DNA from: Candidatus Dormiibacterota bacterium
GTDB taxonomy: Bacteria; Chloroflexota; Dormibacteria; Aeolococcales; Aeolococcaceae
DNA: 64,000 nucleotides
Assembly: GCA_963718525.1 (NCBI GenBank)
Contig: OY970355.1
Span: 2,176,001-2,240,000, forward strand
Direction of reading: 5' to 3'
Positions 19,677-30,408 of this stretch are shown here, one piece after another (position 1 is the first letter of the stretch; every line of letters begins with the position of its first letter). The notes beneath the pieces are model-generated. The model ran no database searches. It saw only the letters and a program-made list of their open reading frames with translations, and was not told the origin of the DNA. Both the position numbers and the translations under genes were made by a program.

Positions 19677-20357
19677 ATGGCGGTCACGCTAATCACAGGA
19701 GCGAACAAGGGACTCGGACACGAGACTGCCCGCCGGCTGATCGATGACGGGCACATTGTGTACATGGGGGCTCGTAGCGTCGAGCGTGGACAGGCGGCCG
19801 CGTCCGAACTCGGCGGACGATTTGTGCATCTCGATGTCACCGATGACGGTTCCGTTGAGTTGGCCATGCGCTCAATCGCCGACCAGGAAGGGCACTTGGA
19901 CGTCCTGGTCAACAACGCCGGGATCGGTCTGCTGGCGCTCAACGGCCCGGAGGCGCTCGAGGTGTTCGACACCAACGTAATCGGCGTCATCCGAGTCACC
20001 CAGGCGGCCCTGCCACTGCTGGAGCGGGCTGACAACCCGGTGGTGGTCAACGTCTCCAGCGCCCTCGGTTCGTTCTGGGCCGTCACCAATCCCGAGCGGC
20101 CCGCATCCCGTTATCCCGCGATCGTTTACGGCGCGAGCAAGGCCGCTGTGTCCATGCTCACGCTCCAGTACGCAAAGGCTCATCCAGACATCAAGTTCAA
20201 TGCCGTCGAGCCAGGCTACACCGCGACCGACCTCGGGGGCGGCGGCCACGGGCGGCCGGTGGAGGAGAGCGCCGAGGTCATTGTCCGCATGGCTAGCATC
20301 GGCAAGGATGGGCCAACCGGCACCTTCCAGGAGGACGCTGGCGAACTGGCCTGGTAA
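19677..20357 (+). CDS. SDR oxidoreductase
   Basis: TGANKGLG, NNAG, YGASK; AAGGAG RBS before ATG 19677. Confidence 0.93.
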   Translation: MAVTLITGANKGLGHETARRLIDDGHIVYMGARSVERGQAAASELGGRFVHLDVTDDGSVELAMRSIADQEGHLDVLVNNAGIGLLALNGPEALEVFDTNVIGVIRVTQAALPLLERADNPVVVNVSSALGSFWAVTNPERPASRYPAIVYGASKAAVSMLTLQYAKAHPDIKFNAVEPGYTATDLGGGGHGRPVEESAEVIVRMASIGKDGPTGTFQEDAGELAW

Positions 20358-20519
20358 ACCCACTGCCGCTGCGAAGGCGTGAGGGGCAGACCCCACCCTC
20401 GGAGGAACACTCATGCGAAACCTCAGACAGCTCAGCGCTTAGTCACACGAGCGTCGTGTCACCAGACTCACGGCCGCCTGCACCACGTGTCGTGATGCAG
20501 GCGGCCGGGTTCTGAGGAG

Positions 20520-20981
20520 TCACGTCGCCGATGGGCGCGGTTCAGTCAGTGAGGCGATGCATGCAGTGAGCAGGCGCCGCATCTGATCTTGGTCGCTGAC
20601 ATCCAGGTTGGCCAGCATGTCTTGCTCGACGCGACGAACCGCGGCGCTGGCCACGTGAAGCTGGCGGCGCCCGCGGGCGGTCAGCTCGGTCGGCAGGACT
20701 CTGCCGACGGGTGCCTGCGCCGGGCGGACAACCAGTCCCTCGCGCTCAAGGGCCTGAAGGAGCAGATGCATCGACTGCCGGGTGACGAAGGCGCCGCGGG
20801 CAAGCTCGGAGTTGGACAGACCCGGTCGTTGGGCAAGCAGCTCCAAGCAGGCGTAGTGGGTGATCGTCATCCCCAGCGGCCTCAGCACGGACTCCAGGGC
20901 AGAGTGCAGGGCGCTCGCGGCCGCCTTCAGCATGTACCCGAGCGATGTGTCCAGCGCGATTCCGGGCTCGCCTTGACTCAT
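20520..20981 (-). CDS. MarR-family regulator
   Basis: SNSELAR..VTRQSM..LEREGLV, LTARGR. Confidence 0.9.
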   Translation of the reverse strand: MSQGEPGIALDTSLGYMLKAAASALHSALESVLRPLGMTITHYACLELLAQRPGLSNSELARGAFVTRQSMHLLLQALEREGLVVRPAQAPVGRVLPTELTARGRRQLHVASAAVRRVEQDMLANLDVSDQDQMRRLLTACIASLTEPRPSAT

Positions 20982-21026
20982 GTCAGCATTCTGACATATA
21001 GTGGTCGAGTGTCAGAAAACTGACAT
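20980..21026. promoter_or_regulatory. Paired MarR operators
   Basis: TGTCAG-N4-CTGACA twice in the divergent intergenic region. Confidence 0.75.
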
Positions 21027-21045
21027 ACTATGAGGAGCCAAACAC

Positions 21046-21414
21046 ATGGCTGTCACCGGACCCGACTTCATCTCACTGCAGGTGCGCGACCTGGAGCGTT
21101 CCGCCGCTTTCTACGAGCAATACCTGGGGCTCAAGCGCTCCAACGCAGGACCGCCGCACGCCGTCGTGTTCGACACCAGGCCGATCGCCTTCGCCGTCCG
21201 CGACGTCGTCGCCGGCGTCGACCTGGACGCGATCGCGCAGCCGGGGCAGGGAATGGCGCTGTGGCTGCACGCTCCCGACGCGCAGGACATCCACGACGCC
21301 CTCGCCGCCGCCGGCATGACGATCATCTCAGCGCCCGTCGACGGGCCGTTCGGCCGCACTTTCACGTTCGCGGACCCCGACGGCTACCAGGTGACCCTCC
21401 ATGACCGTGCCTGA
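21046..21414 (+). CDS. VOC/glyoxalase family protein
   Basis: LQVRDLERSAAFY..FGRTFTFADPDG. Confidence 0.92.
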   Translation: MAVTGPDFISLQVRDLERSAAFYEQYLGLKRSNAGPPHAVVFDTRPIAFAVRDVVAGVDLDAIAQPGQGMALWLHAPDAQDIHDALAAAGMTIISAPVDGPFGRTFTFADPDGYQVTLHDRA

Positions 21415-22264
21415 GGCGAGCGCCCTAGTTTTCGGGGCCACGGGTTCCCTCGGCCGCCACGTTCTGGACGGGCTTGTCGCCCGAGAAACCGCACCCGAGA
21501 TGATCACCGCGGTCGGTCGTAACGAGTCGCGCCTAGCGGAACTTGCCGCGGCCGGGTTCGGCACGGCAGCCATCGATCTGTCAGATTCGAACGGTATCGC
21601 GAAACTCGTCTCCAGACACTCCGACATGGTCCTGATTTCGGGCAGCGACTCGGATCGTCTCTCCCAGCACATGTCCGTAATCCAGGCGGCGAAGAACGCC
21701 GATGCCCGCCACGTCTATTACACCAGCGGCGTTCGGGCCGACGACAGCCGGTTCGAGATCAATGCCGACCACAAAGCAACTGAAGATGCCCTTATCGCTT
21801 CCGGGGTGACCTATACGATTCTCCGGAACACGTGGTACATCGAGAACTACATTCCGTCCTTGGCTTGGCCTCGTTTCACCGGCGTTCTCGCCGCGGCCGT
21901 CGGTGACGCCGTCGTTGCGGCAGCCAGCCGGCGTGACCTTGCGGAGGCGTTGGCCATCGTCGTCACCACGGATGGGCACGACAACGTCACATATAGTCTC
22001 TCGGGCGACACGAACTTCAGCTACGCGGAAATTGCGGAAGCGATGTCGGTGGTCCTTGAACGGGACGTCACGTACCTCCCGGTCACCCCTGATGAGTTGC
22101 GAGTGACGCTCACCGGTTTCGGCATGAACGAGGAACTGACCAGCCGCCTGGTAGGCCTTGATGAAACTATCGCTGCTGGAGCATTCTCCCGAGTCGGTGA
22201 CGACCTCGCCCGTCTTCTCGGCCGGCCGACAACGGGCCTCGTCGAAGGGCTGACAGAGGAGTGA
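21401..22264 (+). CDS. NmrA/QorB-like NAD(P)H oxidoreductase
   Basis: FGATGSLG, H..TED, LRNTWYIEN, ASRRDLAEA. Confidence 0.88.
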   Translation: MTVPEASALVFGATGSLGRHVLDGLVARETAPEMITAVGRNESRLAELAAAGFGTAAIDLSDSNGIAKLVSRHSDMVLISGSDSDRLSQHMSVIQAAKNADARHVYYTSGVRADDSRFEINADHKATEDALIASGVTYTILRNTWYIENYIPSLAWPRFTGVLAAAVGDAVVAAASRRDLAEALAIVVTTDGHDNVTYSLSGDTNFSYAEIAEAMSVVLERDVTYLPVTPDELRVTLTGFGMNEELTSRLVGLDETIAAGAFSRVGDDLARLLGRPTTGLVEGLTEE

Positions 22265-22454
22265 ACGCCACAGACGGACAGACAACACCGGCGGACTCGG
22301 CTCGTGCCCCATCAGCCCTGGGACGACAATTCTGGATCAATGCCGTCAGTTTGGATGAGCTGTTATTAACGTCGCTGGCTACCGGCGTGCTATCGGCGCT
22401 TCTGGATATCTCGGACGCCGAGCGCAATGCCCGTTACTCGCTGCGGCGAGACGT

Positions 22455-22665
22455 GTAGTCCAGGAGCGTTTCGTGGTTGTTCCGGCTGCCGTCTACTCAG
22501 GGCACGAAGCGGTCGCACGCTCACGGGCGCGCGAAAGTGATTGGTCGACCGTCGCTTTGGCGCTCGCGACGGACGCGGCGATTCTGACCAGCGACCCCGA
22601 CTTCCTGGGCAGCGGAGTGGTCATGTAGCCTACGAGACGCTTGCTACGGAGCTTGAGCGCGCCAC
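22455..22665 (+). pseudogene. Decayed PIN-domain toxin, 3' part
   Basis: DWSTVALALATDAAILTSDPDFLGSG then stop; homologous to 4555-4770. Confidence 0.6.
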
Positions 22666-22842
22666 AGGGCTGGGACCCGAATGATGCGCGCCGCGTCGTC
22701 GATGCTTACCTCCGTACACGTATCGCCGTGGCAAGGTCCAGTGTAGTTCGGCCGTTTCCAAACACGGGGATCAGTCGTTATTCAAACCAATTCGCCACAA
22801 AATCACTCTAAATCGAACTCAGCACGTGGCGAGAAATAAGGA

Positions 22843-22889
22843 CTAGTCTGGGGGACCAGGGGTCGCAGGTTCGAGTCCTGTCTCCCCGA
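22843..22889 (+). repeat. tRNA-Pro 3'-half copy, att site R4
   Basis: CTAGT+CTGGGGGACCAG...CTCCCCGA; followed by TTCGCAGCCCATTGCA (second right-arm type). Confidence 0.96.
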
Positions 22890-23038
22890 TTCGCAGCCCA
22901 TTGCACTGCGGTGCAGCCCATTCCACCGGATTGCAGTGGATTCCAAGTTGCCGGGATCCATTCTGCGGGGACTAGTACTTCTTAGCGGACTCAGTGCCTT
23001 CCTGCGATGCCATGCGGTTCGCTGCGGTCGACACCCCA

Positions 23039-23066
23039 GAGTCTCCAGTTTTGCCGGGGCGGTTCC
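23039..23066 (+). mobile_element. Orphan IS3-family-like right inverted repeat
   Basis: GAGTCTCCAGTTTTGCCGGGGCGGTTCC resembles the IS6110-type end GAGTCTCC..CCGGGGCGGTTCA. Confidence 0.55.
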
Positions 23067-23225
23067 GTGTTGAATATGAGCAGGCGTCAGCCCTGCCCTC
23101 CGTCTCCGGCGGGACTTGCTCGGACCAGTTGCGCCCGCGTGGATAATGCGCTCGTGAGCACAAGGCTCGAGCCCGCGCGCCTGATGGTGTCCGAGCCGTC
23201 TCGACGCCGTGGCCGGTGAGGCACG

Positions 23226-23987
23226 ATGGCCTTGACCGCCAACCAATTGGAGCAGTTCGTCGAGGAGGGCTTTGTCAAGCTCGAACGGGCGTTTCCCGAG
23301 AACGTTGGACAGCAGTGTCGACGGGAGCTCTGGGACGCCATCGGGTGTGACCCATCCGACCGATCGACTTGGACTCAGCCGTTCATTCGCCTTGACAGCT
23401 TCGGCACAGCTGCCTTCCGAGCCGCAGCAAACACGCCTCCGCTACTGGAGGCCTTCGATCAACTCGTCGGCGTGGGGCGCTGGATCGTATTGACCGGTCT
23501 CGGAACCTTTCCTCTTCGCTTTCCCAGCACAGAAGCGCCACTGGAGGCCGGGTGGCATGTGGAAGCCAGCTTTGCGGGGGCTCAACGCGAAATGCGCGTC
23601 AATCTGCGCTCCCGTGGTCGCGCGCTGCTCATGTTGTTCCTCTTCTCCGAGGTAAGCTCCGATGACGCGCCGACACAGGTGCGCGTCGGTTCACATCTCG
23701 ATGTTCCGCAGTTCTTGAAGTCAGCGGGGGACGATGGTGTGGCATGGATGACACTGTGCCAACAGGTAGTTCCGGCGTCGGCCGGCCGTCCCATCGAGCT
23801 GGCCACGGGCTCGCTCGGAGACGTGTATCTCTGCCATCCGTTTCTCGTGCACACGGGGACTGCTCATCGTGGCCATACGCCACGGTTCATGGCCCAACCA
23901 CCGCTCAGATCCATCGAGCCGCTTGACCTGGACTCGCCGAATCCGACTCCAGTCGAGCGAGCGGTCATCATCGGTCGGGACCGCTGA
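23226..23987 (+). CDS. PhyH-family Fe/2OG dioxygenase-like protein
   Basis: LEQFVEEGFV, GWHVEAS, VGSH, GDVYLCHPFLVH. Confidence 0.85.
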   Translation: MALTANQLEQFVEEGFVKLERAFPENVGQQCRRELWDAIGCDPSDRSTWTQPFIRLDSFGTAAFRAAANTPPLLEAFDQLVGVGRWIVLTGLGTFPLRFPSTEAPLEAGWHVEASFAGAQREMRVNLRSRGRALLMLFLFSEVSSDDAPTQVRVGSHLDVPQFLKSAGDDGVAWMTLCQQVVPASAGRPIELATGSLGDVYLCHPFLVHTGTAHRGHTPRFMAQPPLRSIEPLDLDSPNPTPVERAVIIGRDR

Positions 23988-24289
23988 CCCGGCCGGCGGT
24001 TCGGGTCGCCTCCAAATTCCGCGGGCCTACGCCACGCGGTGCAGCCATTCTGCCCAATGCACCGCCTTCCAGCCACTAGCGTGGTCGCTCGGCACCTTGT
24101 CCGACCTCATGGCCAACGCCGCTGAGCTGCCCAACAACCGTGTAACTCGGGCACCGCAGGTGGCTGAGCGGTCGGTCGTTCGCTCCGCTCACCGTCGCCA
24201 GAGCCCGAATCGCCCCATGTGGCAAGCGAGCCACGGCACATCCGCCTCGCTCACCCCAGCGTGCCATTAACACACCAGAGCGGATCGAC

Positions 24290-26429
24290 CTAGCTGACCG
24301 CGCTGCCGGCGAGCACCTGGTGCGACACAGGAACTGTGGCGCGGAGTGTCGTCCCCCGCCCCACGGTCGATTCGACCTGAAGGTTCCCCCCGAGGGCATC
24401 GAGGCGGTCTTCCATATTGGTCAGCCCATTGCCGCGAGCGGTAGTGCTGACGACAAAGCCGCGCCCGTCATCGTTGACCTCGACAGTGAGCAGATCACCG
24501 TCCTGCCTTAGGCGCACGACGGCTCTCGATGCCTTCGCGTACTTCTGAATGTTCTGAAGGGCTTCGAGAATGCAGAAGTACAGTGCGGCCTCGGTGTCTT
24601 GTGGATAGCGTCCGATGCCATCGATTTCGATGGTGATCGGCAGCGTGGCCTTGCGCGCCTGGGCTTGGAGGGCGGTGGGCAGGCCCTTCTCAGCCAGCAG
24701 CGGGGGATAGATGCCGCGGGCCAGATCGCGGAGCGTCTCCAATGCTTCATCCGCATCGCCTTTGAGTTGCTCAAGAGTTGTGATCGCCTTCTTCGGATCT
24801 TTCGTCAGCAACATCTCGACGAGGCCGAGCTTGACCTTGATCGCCACCAAGTATTGCTGGGCTCCATCGTGGAGGTCGCGCTCCAGCTTGCGGCGTTCAT
24901 GATCTTGTGCAGCCACGAGCCTCTGCCGGGAGCCTCGGAGGTCCACAAGTCGGGCTTGCAAATCAGCGGTGAGGCCGACATTCTTGAGGACGAGACCCGC
25001 CTGATGGGCGAGGTCGTCCATGAGCTTGATCTCGATCGGCGAGAGCGATTCGCCGCGACGCTTGGTCACTGTCAACGCACCCAGCACGTCGCCCTGATGG
25101 CGAACCAGCAGTGATCGATCCGCATTGGGGATCGAGAGTTCTCCAGCGCCGTTCAAGTGCAACACCGAGGGTATTGCGGCATCGAGCGGGAAGGCTGCAG
25201 CACGACGCAACTCATCGCCGCTGCGCAGCCAGATCTCGGAGAGTTCAGCAGCGGTGCCTTCCGCGAGGACCCGGGCCATACGCGGGAGCACCTCGTCGCT
25301 GGCGTACAACTCGGCAACCCGCTCGGAGAACTGTGAGAGGACTTCGTACGGAGTAGCTCGCTTCCCGTAGACGAGCAGATTCGCAACTCGCTGTACCCGC
25401 TCCCGAACCGGCTGGAAGCCAATGGCCACTATGGCGGTGGCGAGAATGGACAGGGCCAGGTTGGGTTTGCCGCCACTGCCGACGAGAGTGCCGATGCCGA
25501 CTGCGATGCCGACGTATACCGCAGTGATGAAGACAGCCAGTGAGCCGTACACGATGCTCCGGCCGATGAAGACGTCGAGGTCGTAGAGGCCGTACCTCAT
25601 CACAGCGAGCCCGATTGTGAGCGGGAGGGCGACTACAAGCCCAAAGTCTAAGGTGTAGTTGTCTATGGCAGTCCCCGCATTGGAGAGGAGCGGCGTGAAC
25701 GTCAAGATGAAGATTCCCAAGGCAGTGGCAGCCACATAGGCAAACCAGCGCATTTGGCGCCGTTCAACGCCCCGCGACCGGCGGAAGCGCACCACCACCG
25801 CCGTTACTAGAATTACGAAAATCAGCAGGAACAGCAGGCTTTGAAAGCCGCCGTTAATGTTGGTCAGGCTATCGAGTGCGGGTATCGCGAGAGGGTTGGT
25901 CAGACTGGGCAGCCGCGGCGATAACTGCGCCGATTGCGTTGAAACCATCGTCGATGCAGTCAGGACAACGGCGGTGGTAAGCCCCACCCAGGCGGCCCAT
26001 CGCCAGCGCGGTCCGGGCAGTATCCGTCCGTTAGGGAAGACGAAGACTACGAAGAGCAGCAACAAGGCACCAATACCAAAGCCGTTGTTGTACACCCAGG
26101 CTGCCCATGTCACCCAAGCGCGAGGTGATGCGCCGGATAGCAACCCGCGCATCGCGATGAAGTCGGCGAAAAGGCAGATTGAGTCAGCCACAGCAATGGC
26201 CAGCAGCAACCAACCAATCGAGTTCCGGGGGCGGCGGATCGCGATCAGCACGCCGAGGATGGCGGTGATGGGCGCACCGAGGAAATAGCCCAACCGCGCG
26301 GTTCTCACCGAGTTCGATCGCCTTCCAGTCGAGCGGCAACAGGACCAGGCTGGCAACCACCAGTCCGAGGCAGAACACCCCCACACACCAGGCGAGCGGA
26401 ACGGCCCTGCGCTCCCAGCGTGCTGTCAT
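24290..26429 (-). CDS. Sensor histidine kinase, paralogue of 9883-12012, 1-nt frameshift near 26314
   Basis: Shares e.g. GSLAVFITAVYVGIAVG..GKPNLALSILATAIVAIGFQPVRERVQ; N-terminus (..LPLDWKAI) from ATG 26429 is in another frame. Confidence 0.88.
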
Positions 26430-26844
26430 GAGGCCACAGTACCCGCGGGCCTGATGGGCTGTCGATGGTGCAACCGCCCCCCGCGAAAGGGTGGCTGCAC
26501 TCCTCGCTCTCGAGAGGCGGCGCGATTTCAGCGACGGTGAGTTTAGAAACCAAGACCCCGCGCCCGCCTCCGAGCAGCGCCAACGCAGCCTTGATGCGGT
26601 TCGCGTCAGGCCCACCCTCAGGGCCGTCACTGTGCCGCCGTGTGAGGAATCCCTCGCTCACCCTGGCGTACAACTTTCACACCAGAACTCGGGACGGCAG
26701 TGGAGCTAGCGGCGCATCCTACAAGTGCGTAGGCCACAGGCTGGTCGTAGCCGATGAACCGCGAGGTGGGCGTGAGGCTCCAGCCGTTGTCGGCAAGCCC
26801 GGCCCTGGCCCCTTCGCCGAGGCCAGGGTCGGACTCATTCGGAT

Positions 26845-27783
26845 CTAAGGTGTGACGAGCGTGAAGATGCCCCCATCTACGGAGATGCCGTTGCCGTTGC
26901 CAGTCGCCGCAAAACCGGTCGCCGTCGGGGCGAGGCCCTCGAAAGCGAACAGGTACAAGGGATTGCCGTCATAGCGCACCTGCGTGCCGTTCGGCGTGTG
27001 CAGGGTGCCGAGATTCGCCGGCGAAAGCCCACCCGACACCCCGGGCGTGCCGCTGGTAAGCATGCCGGGCCAGGCGCGTGCACATGCGCCCGTGCACGCG
27101 CTGTGTCCAGGGGTGTCCTTTGTGTAGCTATACACCGGGAAGTCGATCCACCCGATGCCGGTAAACATAGGCGTGGCGAGGACCTTCGTGCCGCCGATCT
27201 TCGTGGTCGTCAGCGTGCCGGCCCACGGCAGAGCCCGCCCCGAAGGCGCCATCAGGTTCCAGACGCCGTGCCAGGGCGGGAGGCTGGGCTCGTCCCATCC
27301 CTCACCCGTGACCTCGCCGGGACCCTGGTCGAACAGGTACAGCGGGTGTCCGGCATAGGTGACCTGGTCACCAACGCCAGCTCGCCACACCGTGCCGAGC
27401 AGCTGCTGCGACGCTCCGGAACCGGCGATTGGAGTGCCGGTCGTCGTAATGGCGGGCCACTCGGCGTTCGTGTCGTTTGACGGTCCGGTGCACAGGAGCG
27501 TTCCGACCGGAGTGACCACTGGCTTGCTCGTGCAGCCGAACGTCCTGCCGTGGTCGCTCGTGATGAAGTAGAGGCTGAAGCCAGCGTACGGGCCCGAGCC
27601 GACGACCAGCGCCCTGCCGAAGGCGGTGGGCGCCGTGGTGATGACGGTTCCCGTTGCCGCCGAGGCGGTTCCCGCGAAAACCGGGACACTAGCGAGACTG
27701 ACGACAAGGGCGGCGCCGGCGACGATCCCACGCAGCCCCGGCCGTACGCCGGGAGACTGGTCGGATCCAAAGTGGGTGTTCAT
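26845..27783 (-). CDS. Secreted repeat protein (Lipoprotein_15/COG4315-like)
   Basis: Signal peptide, two QV.Y.G.PLY.F repeats, SACTGACARAWP. Confidence 0.8.
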   Translation of the reverse strand: MNTHFGSDQSPGVRPGLRGIVAGAALVVSLASVPVFAGTASAATGTVITTAPTAFGRALVVGSGPYAGFSLYFITSDHGRTFGCTSKPVVTPVGTLLCTGPSNDTNAEWPAITTTGTPIAGSGASQQLLGTVWRAGVGDQVTYAGHPLYLFDQGPGEVTGEGWDEPSLPPWHGVWNLMAPSGRALPWAGTLTTTKIGGTKVLATPMFTGIGWIDFPVYSYTKDTPGHSACTGACARAWPGMLTSGTPGVSGGLSPANLGTLHTPNGTQVRYDGNPLYLFAFEGLAPTATGFAATGNGNGISVDGGIFTLVTP

Positions 27784-28369
27784 ATGCTCCCCTGATGCAG
27801 TTCGTGTGCGATGGGGCACATAGCCCCCAATAAAGTTGCTCCCTGCTACCTCGCAGGAATTCGTAGTCATGTTTTGTCTGGAAGAGCCCCCTCAGCCCAT
27901 CAATCCCCTCCTCTGTGCCTGTCGACCGCTGACGGCCTATCCTGAGCCGCGAGCAGCCGACGGTTGCAGCGATGATTGTGCATCACCGAGTAGAGCCAGC
28001 TGGCGACGAGGAGGCCACCGCCGCTGAGCCCAAGCCCGCCAGGCACCATGAACTGTGTCCACACCTCTGAGCGTGATGTCATCACGGGCACCGTATCCGC
28101 GCCGTAGACGGGTTGTCGATGGTGCGACCGCCCCTGGCGAGTGGGTGGCAGCACTACCCCGGCGGTCGGGTTACGGCTTCCCAATTGCGCTCCGGAGGTA
28201 ATGGCGGACACACCGAGGAGGCGTGCACGAAAAAGCATCGGCCCTCGGACAGCCCCGGCGGCTGTCAGGAGCGCGTCGGACAGTTCGAGAACGAGCACCG
28301 TCGCGCACGCCAGCATCCGTGAATGTCGCCAGAGCAGCCGAGCAGAGAACGGGTACCATGGGGGTGGAA

Positions 28370-29003
28370 ATGCCCTTGAGCGATGGTTCGGGCTTACCGC
28401 TGGCGGACCACCAACGGAGGCGATCGTTTCGCCGTCGGCTCACCCTGGTTGCGGGATTTGGCATCTGTGTAGTCAGTCTCTTGGTTGCCTGCTCCCCTGA
28501 GGCCTCCCACGTAGTTGCTACGCACACACCCACAGCAGTCGAGGCGCCTGTGAGCAGCCCTAGCAGCGCCCAGCCGCTATCGCCTCAGACGGCGGTTATG
28601 CGCCTTCAATGTGCCGGTGTCCTCGTAGATGGCAGGTGGGATATAGCAAGTTCGGATCCGTACGTGGCGGGCCGCAGACTTCTCAAACTCATCAACAGAC
28701 GGCCCGGCCCAGAATTGGATATACAGCGCCAGGGTGTATGCACATGACCCCGGAATGTTGTTGGAGCCGGCGGTAGGGAGTTCTCCGTACCCTCCTTCGC
28801 TTTGGAGCGGAACGCAGGAGAACGTCGCAGTCGCAGCCGGGCACCATGTTCGCGTTCCGATCACGTGGCCGTATGTCGACTCTCAGGGACAGCACCTTCC
28901 GAGCGCCACGTACTACGTGGTGGTCTCCGGAACTGTCACGCCGCCGGGCTACCCTGCAATGGTGAGCACTTGCACCATCGGTTTACGACAAGCGAGAGGC
29001 TAG
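28370..29003 (+). pseudogene. Possible lipoprotein, split over two frames
   Basis: Hydrophobic stretch plus LVAC lipobox-like motif; frame changes near 28740. Confidence 0.35.
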
Positions 29004-29240
29004 ACCGTCACACGAGCGTCCTGTCACCAGATCCAGGGGCTTCAGATGCTCGACCCGCCCAACAGCCGCACAGAATGCCCCAAAGTCAAGAGCGGAGGGG
29101 AGCGAAGCAACAGGCAGTACGCGCGGGTGTGTGTTGGCGGAATTCCAATGGATTCCAACGCACCTGGTCTAGTCGTCATGCCAACCAATTCGCCACAAAA
29201 CCACGCTAAATCGAATTCAGCGCTCATCGGGAAATGAGGA

Positions 29241-29287
29241 CTAGTCTGGGGGACCAGGGGTCGCAGGTTCGAGTCCTGTCTCCCCGA
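29241..29287 (+). repeat. tRNA-Pro 3'-half copy, att site R5 (recombinase-adjacent)
   Basis: CTAGT+CTGGGGGACCAG...CTCCCCGA; recombinase ATG 123 nt downstream. Confidence 0.97.
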
Positions 29288-29409
29288 CGGACGCCAAATT
29301 TGATCTCAGTGCAGGGATTTCCAGTGCCATCCACTGGGCTCAATCCTGCGGGGACTAGCCCAAATTTCTCGAATAATGACTTTTCCAGCAAAACCACATT
29401 CTCTCCAGC

Positions 29410-30408
29410 ATGGCCAGCACGATCGACACCCATCTGAAGCCGTTGCGGCGGCGCGCTCCCGCCAGCCCGCCGCCGACCAGCAGGAGGGTCTCCATCGACC
29501 GCTGCGTCGATCTGATGGCGACGCGCTATCAGTGGGCCGACACCACCCGGGTCAACGCTCGGGACTACCTCGCCGGCGGCCGGTTCCTCGCCTTCTGTCA
29601 GGCGCGGGGCATCGAAACCGTCGACCAGCTCAGTAACGAAGCGATCCTCGACTTCGTCGGTGACGTCCGTGACCGCGTGGGGGTCAGCCGCAACACACTG
29701 CGTGGCTACCGCAATTACTTCAGACGGCTTGCAGATTTCTGCGCCACCACTCCAGGGTTTGCGAATCACTCCTTCACGTCCGGCGCCGTTCCGAGTGCTC
29801 CCAAGGAACCACGGCGAAGGCGCTCAGACGCGCTGACCCTGAGCGAAGAGCAGGCGCTCGTTGCCGCCCTCGTCGGACATCGTCGTGACAGTCTCATCGT
29901 CCGTGTCCTGTTGGCGTGCGGTCTGCGCGTCAATGAGCTCTGCGCGCTGTGCGTCGATGACGTGAAGCTCGCGGCGCGGCCGCCGCGGGTGCTCGTCACA
30001 AAGGCCCAGGGTGACATCACCAAGAGTGGCGTCGATCGCCAGGTGAGCTTCCGGCACCCGTATGCGAAGGAGCTCCTCCGAGACCTCGCGGCGTGGATCG
30101 AACGATACCGGCCGGAGTCTCGCCACCCCGATCTCTTCATTTCCGAACGACGCTCATCAGGTGAGCCGCTCACCACGACGGCAGTGCAGCAGATGGTGCA
30201 GCGAGCTGCGCGGAGCGCGGGACTTCGGCCCATCCATCCACATCTCCTTCGGCGTACATGGGCGACGCGCCTTGCCGACGCTGGCGCCACGGTGACGGAC
30301 CTCATGCAACAGGCTGGGTGGAGCAGCATCGAGATGGTGACCGTGTACTACGCCGGTTCTGAAGAGCGCGCGATCGAGCGAGTCGCCGGTCTGCGCGTCG
30401 AGGGCTGA
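29410..30408 (+). CDS. Tyrosine recombinase/integrase (332 aa)
   Basis: Catalytic R (CGLRVNEL), K (TKSG..R), HxxR (HPHLLRRT), W (AGW), Y (VYY); helical N-terminal core-binding region. Confidence 0.95.
   Translation: MASTIDTHLKPLRRRAPASPPPTSRRVSIDRCVDLMATRYQWADTTRVNARDYLAGGRFLAFCQARGIETVDQLSNEAILDFVGDVRDRVGVSRNTLRGYRNYFRRLADFCATTPGFANHSFTSGAVPSAPKEPRRRRSDALTLSEEQALVAALVGHRRDSLIVRVLLACGLRVNELCALCVDDVKLAARPPRVLVTKAQGDITKSGVDRQVSFRHPYAKELLRDLAAWIERYRPESRHPDLFISERRSSGEPLTTTAVQQMVQRAARSAGLRPIHPHLLRRTWATRLADAGATVTDLMQQAGWSSIEMVTVYYAGSEERAIERVAGLRVEG

Noticed and set aside
29241-30408. Classical integron (intI-attI-attC)
   Set aside because: Sites are tRNA-derived, cassettes are multigene with both orientations, and no canonical attC sites or IntI-specific features were recognised. 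The analogy is functional only; IntegronFinder would confirm.
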